DNA of 64,000 bases from Waterburya sp. Lineage in GTDB: Bacteria > Cyanobacteriota > Cyanobacteriia > Cyanobacteriales > Xenococcaceae. The notes beneath the pieces are model-generated. The model searched no databases. It was not told the DNA's origin and worked only from the letters and a program-made list of their open reading frames with translations. The stretch is from positions 4,000,001-4,064,000 of the forward strand of contig CBDCJV010000002.1 of the NCBI GenBank assembly GCA_965217895.1, given 5' to 3'. Both the position numbers and the translations under genes were made by a program. Below are positions 58,651 to 64,000 of this stretch, one piece after another (the stretch's first letter is position 1; the number at the start of each line of letters is the position of its first letter).

Positions 58651-61386
58651 ATGCAATTCAAGCAAAAGATAATCGTGACGCTGCTATTTATAGCGATCGC
58701 AACTTTAACCTTAGTTTCTAGCCTTGTCCACTTGTTAACCGAGTCTTGGTGGTTTGAGGCAGTTGGCTTTGAGGCGATTTTTTGGCAGCGTATTATTTGG
58801 CAAGTATCTATTTGGCTAGTTGCCTTTGCTGTTTTTGTAGTGTTTTTAGGGTTTAATTATTGGTTAGCGTTAAAATTGACGAGCGATCGCAGCTTTAGAT
58901 TTCTAGAATCTAATGAATTTGAACCTTATACTGCCAAGATTGCCAATTACACGGCTGCATTGCTTATTTTCTTAGCTTCTCTAACTATTGCTAATCTCAG
59001 CGCAGCATCTTGGGAACAAATTCTACAATTTTTCAATGCCTCTGAGTTTAATCGTTTCGAGCCGATCTACCAAAAAGATATTGGCTTTTATTTATTCCGT
59101 TTACCTCTTTTTGACAACTTGAAAAATTGGTTTCTCACCCTGTTAATTTCAGGCTCGATTCTAGCAGCCTTGGTTTATGTATTCAAAGGAACTATTCGCT
59201 TTAATTGGCAGTGGAAAAGCTTAATCCTTGAGGACAATTGGCAGAAGCTCTTAACAAAGCCAATCAAGATACATATTTGTTTTTTATTAGCAGCGATCGC
59301 TCTTGATATTGCCGTTGATTTTTGGCTGGAGCGTTATGAACTACTCTATTCTTCTCAAGGCGTAGTTTGGGGCGCAGACTATACCAGTACCCATGCCCGC
59401 TTGCTGGCATTTTGGGTGATGATTGTCGCTTCGGTACTCTTAGGACTCTGGTTAATCATTTCTACCTGGTCTAATAAACTCCAACTTCCTGTCTACGGCA
59501 TTGGTATATACGCCGTAATTCTCATTCTGTTTAATGGGATTTTTCCTGAGTTACAGCAGCGTTTTGTCGTCGAACCCAACGAATTAGCTAAGGAGATGCC
59601 CTATATTAAGCATAATATTGAGTTTACGCGGTCGGCTTATGATTTAGACAAGATCGATACAAAAGATTACCAATTAAATTTAGCAGGCAATTCTAATCCT
59701 AATGTTCTGCAAGAAAACCAAGCCACCATTGATAATATTCCTCTGTGGGACTATCGCCCCCTACTAACTACCTATCGACAGCTACAGGAAATCCGCTTTT
59801 ACTATAAATTTCTGGATGTTGATGTTGATCGCTACACCCTCAATGGCGATTATCGTCAGATGATGCTTTCTCCCAGGGAATTTGATTATAGTCAAGTTCC
59901 CGCCTCTGCTAAAACCTGGGTCAACCGCCGACTCAAGTATACTCATGGTTATGGCTTGGTCATGAACCCCGTCAATGAAGTCACTACTGATGGTCTACCA
60001 GTCTTATTTGTCAAAAACATTCCTCCCGTTTCTGAGACAGATTTAGCTATTAAAGAACCAGGAATTTACTATGGTGAGTTGACTCAAGACTATATCTATA
60101 CGGGAATGAATACCCCTGAGTTTGACTATCCCCGTGGAGATGAAAATGCCTTTAGCAAATACGATGGTGTAGGTGGTGTCCCCATTGGTAATTGGTTACG
60201 TAAGCTGGCGTATGCCTACGATCGAGGCAGTTTAAAAATTCTTATTTCCAATTACTTTACCTCAAATTCTCGCATTCACTATCACCGACAAATATCAGAG
60301 CGAGTGCGCCATGTTGCCCCTTTTCTGCAATTCGATAATGACCCCTATATGGTGGTGGTAAATGGTAGGCTCAAGTGGATTATCGATGCTTATACTACAA
60401 GCGATCGCTATCCTTATTCTGAAGCTGTGGCACACGAACAAAAAACGGAATTAATCACCGATAAAAATATTAACTACGTTCGTAGTCCCGCTAAAGTAGT
60501 TGTGGATGCCAAAGATGGCACAATGCAGTTTTACGTTGTTGATGAAAACGAGCCTGTCCTAAATACTTACCGCAAGATATTTCCCAATCTATTTAAGGGC
60601 AAAGATACTATCCCCCCAGAAATTCAGGCTCATTTTCGTTATCCCCAAGATTTATTTAAAGTTCAAGCCAGAATGTACTTGAGCTATCACATGGAAGATC
60701 CTCAAGTATTTTATAACCGCGAGGATGACTGGCGTTTTGCTACCGAACTCTATAATGATCGACAGCAGCCAGTTGAACCTGATTATTTAATTATGAAGTT
60801 GCCAGGAGAAACTAAAGAAGAATTTTCTTTAGTTCTCCCTTTTACCCCCGTCAACCGCGATAACATGATTGCCTGGATGGCTGCTCGTTCGGATGGCGAT
60901 AATTACGGCAAACTTAGCCTTTATGAATTCCCTAAACAAGAACTAGTATATGGTTCTTTTCAGATCGAAGCCAGAATCGATCAAGATCCTGAAATTGCCC
61001 AACAAATAACCCTTTGGAGTCAAACAGGTTCGAGGGTAATTAGAGGAGATATTCTGGTCATTCCCATCGATGGTTCAATACTTTATGTCCAACCTCTATA
61101 TCTGCGCGCTGCTAAAGGTCAGTTACCCGAACTCACCCGCATTATTGTCTCCTACGACAAACAAATTGTTATGACTCCCAGTTTAGAACAATCTTTGGCT
61201 GCGGTATTTAAACAAGTCCCCACCCAATTGAACCCCTCTATAAATCCTGCCACAGCAGATACTCAAGCCCAGCAATCTGCACTAGAAATATATCGGCAAG
61301 CTCAACAAGCTTTACAACAAGGAAACTGGGTAGAATACGGACGCTATCAGCAACAGCTACAGGATATTTTGCAAAAATCAAATTAA
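58651..61386 (+). CDS. UPF0182 family membrane protein
   Basis: WWFEAVGF, DIGFYLFRLP, NIPLWD, YTHGYG, WIIDAYTTS, NYVR, HFRYP. Confidence 0.93.
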   Translation: MQFKQKIIVTLLFIAIATLTLVSSLVHLLTESWWFEAVGFEAIFWQRIIWQVSIWLVAFAVFVVFLGFNYWLALKLTSDRSFRFLESNEFEPYTAKIANYTAALLIFLASLTIANLSAASWEQILQFFNASEFNRFEPIYQKDIGFYLFRLPLFDNLKNWFLTLLISGSILAALVYVFKGTIRFNWQWKSLILEDNWQKLLTKPIKIHICFLLAAIALDIAVDFWLERYELLYSSQGVVWGADYTSTHARLLAFWVMIVASVLLGLWLIISTWSNKLQLPVYGIGIYAVILILFNGIFPELQQRFVVEPNELAKEMPYIKHNIEFTRSAYDLDKIDTKDYQLNLAGNSNPNVLQENQATIDNIPLWDYRPLLTTYRQLQEIRFYYKFLDVDVDRYTLNGDYRQMMLSPREFDYSQVPASAKTWVNRRLKYTHGYGLVMNPVNEVTTDGLPVLFVKNIPPVSETDLAIKEPGIYYGELTQDYIYTGMNTPEFDYPRGDENAFSKYDGVGGVPIGNWLRKLAYAYDRGSLKILISNYFTSNSRIHYHRQISERVRHVAPFLQFDNDPYMVVVNGRLKWIIDAYTTSDRYPYSEAVAHEQKTELITDKNINYVRSPAKVVVDAKDGTMQFYVVDENEPVLNTYRKIFPNLFKGKDTIPPEIQAHFRYPQDLFKVQARMYLSYHMEDPQVFYNREDDWRFATELYNDRQQPVEPDYLIMKLPGETKEEFSLVLPFTPVNRDNMIAWMAARSDGDNYGKLSLYEFPKQELVYGSFQIEARIDQDPEIAQQITLWSQTGSRVIRGDILVIPIDGSILYVQPLYLRAAKGQLPELTRIIVSYDKQIVMTPSLEQSLAAVFKQVPTQLNPSINPATADTQAQQSALEIYRQAQQALQQGNWVEYGRYQQQLQDILQKSN

Positions 61387-61391
61387 ACTAG

Positions 61392-63458
61392 TTATTTAGT
61401 AGGTAAATTCTTGAATAATTTTCCTACCTCAGGATTATAAACCAGCATATAGTTCCAATAATTTTCAAATACAGATTCTACATAGCCTTTGGTTTCTGAG
61501 TAAGGAATCTTCTCGACAAATTCGTCCTCATCTTTCAAACCATAGCGATTAACCCATTTTGCTACTGCATTTGGTCCAGCGTTGTAGCTAGCAACTGCCA
61601 GCATCGAGTTGTTGCCGTATTTTTTATGGGTAAAGTCGAGATAGTAAGTGCCAATATTGACGTTATCTTCAGGGTTGGTCATGGAGTAATTTGTTAAGCC
61701 AATATCTTTGGCTACGGTTTTGGCAGTAGTCGGAATTACCTGCATTAAGCCTAATGCCCCTGCGGTTGACTCAATTTCTGGTTCAAAACGGGATTCTTGA
61801 CGAATCAAAGAAGTTACCAATAAAGGATTAAGCCCACGATTTTTAGACCACTTAAGAATTGTTGATTCAAAGGGAAAGGGATATAAAGCCTGCCAATATT
61901 CAGGGGTTTGTCGTAACTGATGCCATTGTTGTTTATCTTCTGGTTTATTTTTATCCTTTAAATCCCAAATTTGATTGATACCGCGCAGATTTTTCCCTTG
62001 ATCTAGTTCGAGTAAACCCTTAGTAAATTCATCGGCGATAGTTAACTCAGTTTTACCGCTAATTTCTGTTTGAAATTGCGCCCAGGCTTGTTGTTCTAAA
62101 CCCAGTTTGTATAGTTCTTGAAAGGTTTGAGAACCTCCTGGAGGAGTAATACGATTCACTTTGACTACTTCAGGTATTTTGTGGCGCACGGTGGTAAAGT
62201 CTCCCACATCCCAACCTAAAGCTACCGCAGACCGCCAAGCATAATATGAGCGCGGAAAACGAGCTAAAACAGACTGATAAGCCTTGGTTGCGTCTTGAGG
62301 GCGATTGAGCTTTGTTGCCCACTTGGCAATCCAAAAACCTGCTTTGGGGGCAATGGGGCTGTCTGGATTATCCGTCACAATAGGCTGCGCCCATTGCCAG
62401 GCTGTAATTAAATCTCCAGCTTCAGCTTTTTTATTGGCAAAATTCCAACGGTATGACGCAGCAGCTTCAGAATGTTGATATTTAGCTAAAAGGGTTTGTA
62501 GGGCTTGGCTGGCAGATTGCCGACTTTTAAGCGCGTCCAAAAGTTCGGCTTTTTCTAATAGTGCTTCTGGTGCTTGTTCGGGAAAGTTTTGAATTGCCCG
62601 CTCAAGATAAGCCAGTCCTGCTTTTTTACTGACAATCATCGCTAAACGACGCAAGCCCAAACCTGTATCTGAGCTATTTGGGTATTGCTCAATTAGCTGT
62701 AGATAATATTGTTTTGCCGTAGCTTTATCGTTACCAATATCATATCCCCTAGCAGCACGATAGAGATTGCGGGAAGTATTTGGGGATTTAGCGTAAGCTT
62801 TGCCTGCTTTACCGTAGTCCCATTCTGCCCAGTAGCTATCGGCGATCGCCTCCCAGTCTTGAGGAGTTAATTGAGCGGTATATTCTGTGGCTAAACGATC
62901 TCTCATTTTGTCTACCCCTGGAGCATCGGGGGTATATTTGACCAAAATTGCCATTAGCTTCGGTTGATTGGGATTTTGACTCAACTGCTGGCGGATTATT
63001 TCCTGGGTACGGGGATGAGCGGGAAATTTAGCGATCGCCTGTTGCCAGTAAGCAGGATTTGATTTACCCAATTGATATAGTGCTTCTGCTGTAGCTGGGG
63101 AATTAGGATATTTATTAGCTAATTTCTGCCAGGTCGCTATTGCTTGGGATTGATTCTTTTCTAGCTCATAAGCCTTCCCTCGATCGAGTAAAATATAAGC
63201 AGCGAGTAAAGGATACTCTTGCTCTAATCCCTGTAGTTTTGCTAGTGCTTCTTTGCCATGCTGGCGATCAATTAAATTTGCTGCTAACAAAAAACTATTC
63301 TGAGTATGTTCTGAAAAATTATTAAGATCGACTACAGGTTTGGCAGCAAAAGTCTGGGTATCTTCTTGAAATACCAGAGCTTGAGATTTACAGCTTACGG
63401 TTAATACCAAACCAACACTAATTAGTAAAAAACTCTTGTAATTAAATGATTTCTGCAT
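61392..63458 (-). CDS. Soluble lytic transglycosylase (SLT domain) lipoprotein with TPR-like repeats
   Basis: Lipobox-like TVSC; IRQESRF, GALGLMQV, ASYNAG, IPYSETKGYV. Confidence 0.93.
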   Translation of the reverse strand: MQKSFNYKSFLLISVGLVLTVSCKSQALVFQEDTQTFAAKPVVDLNNFSEHTQNSFLLAANLIDRQHGKEALAKLQGLEQEYPLLAAYILLDRGKAYELEKNQSQAIATWQKLANKYPNSPATAEALYQLGKSNPAYWQQAIAKFPAHPRTQEIIRQQLSQNPNQPKLMAILVKYTPDAPGVDKMRDRLATEYTAQLTPQDWEAIADSYWAEWDYGKAGKAYAKSPNTSRNLYRAARGYDIGNDKATAKQYYLQLIEQYPNSSDTGLGLRRLAMIVSKKAGLAYLERAIQNFPEQAPEALLEKAELLDALKSRQSASQALQTLLAKYQHSEAAASYRWNFANKKAEAGDLITAWQWAQPIVTDNPDSPIAPKAGFWIAKWATKLNRPQDATKAYQSVLARFPRSYYAWRSAVALGWDVGDFTTVRHKIPEVVKVNRITPPGGSQTFQELYKLGLEQQAWAQFQTEISGKTELTIADEFTKGLLELDQGKNLRGINQIWDLKDKNKPEDKQQWHQLRQTPEYWQALYPFPFESTILKWSKNRGLNPLLVTSLIRQESRFEPEIESTAGALGLMQVIPTTAKTVAKDIGLTNYSMTNPEDNVNIGTYYLDFTHKKYGNNSMLAVASYNAGPNAVAKWVNRYGLKDEDEFVEKIPYSETKGYVESVFENYWNYMLVYNPEVGKLFKNLPTK

Positions 63459-63683
63459 ATTAGTTAATCAGTAAGATGAGTGTGGGCTGGTATTTTAATT
63501 ATTCCCCTGGAATATTTTTTCTTGACATCTAAAAATTAACTTATGACAATTCTTAATTGACATATATGCAAGCAACAGTAATTTAGATACTTAAATAAAG
63601 TACGGAGATATTAATATTTTAGTTCCTGAAATTTCCTAACTGTAAGTAAAGATGCCAAAACTAAGGCTTAACTAGACCAAACG

Positions 63684-63715
63684 GCGTAGCGCAGCAATGC
63701 CGTAAGGCTTATCGC
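63684..63715. repeat. Small dispersed repeat apparently inserted into a HIP1 site
   Basis: GCG[TAGCGCAGCAATGCCGTAAGGCTT]ATCGC. Removing the 24-nt insert restores GCGATCGC, and the insert contains a GCC-GTAA-GGC GNRA hairpin. Confidence 0.55.
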
Positions 63716-63852
63716 CAAAAAAGCAAATATTCGTTTGATGTACACTAGAGCTGATGTCAAATAAAAGAATAGTACATCTTTAATTAAGTTTTGCCCATAT
63801 TCTATTAGGGCTTGATACGCTGGTTAATTTAGAAGATTCAAGCTCAATTGCA

Positions 63853-64000
63853 ATGGAAGAGTTTAAAAAACAGATTGAGCAAATTAATCAAATTCTTTTT
63901 CAGCTTAATTTGGACAAGAACATTAATCCAGATAATTTATTACAAAAATCATCTGGTCTAAAGCGAATTGGAAGTCTTTTAATCGATGCAGCAAATAAAT
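63853..64000 (+). CDS. Possible 5' end of a hypothetical protein running off the window
   Basis: ATG at 63853 is open to the edge: MEEFKKQIEQINQILFQLNLDKNINPDNLLQKSSGLKRIGSLLIDAANK. Confidence 0.4.
   Translation, partial: MEEFKKQIEQINQILFQLNLDKNINPDNLLQKSSGLKRIGSLLIDAANK

Overview
This is AT-rich chromosomal DNA from a cyanobacterium. The HIP1 octamer GCGATCGC occurs throughout, and pcyA, petM, CGLD27 and an ABA4-like gene are present. Most of the window is housekeeping genes (gpsA, dnaK, ahcY, hslO, yqeK-rsfS, pdxA, ffh-rpsP-khpA, miaB, cobS, tgt, era, moaD). Three accessory blocks stand out. (1) 1-5776: a CDP-sugar operon (rfbF, an epimerase/dehydratase, two NDP-sugar C-methyltransferase-like genes, lhgO). 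(2) 32098-35866: IS remnants, a 2OG-Fe(II) oxygenase, an OmpR/BaeS-type two-component pair and a fasciclin gene. (3) 48772-57822, the best candidate for an undescribed system: a co-oriented cluster of a polyprenol-phosphate glycosyltransferase, a GT2, a sulfotransferase, a flippase-like membrane protein and three tandem paralogous polytopic membrane proteins with GT-C-like features. I infer that block 3 is an extracytoplasmic, lipid-linked, possibly sulfated glycosylation system. Other observations include a proteobacterial-type ahcY with a structured leader, small genes missing from the ORF track (tatA, petM), a nested GC-rich MITE, a doubly frameshifted gene and candidate sRNAs. I saw no rRNA, tRNA or CRISPR array. 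All family calls come from reading motifs by eye; no database searches were run.
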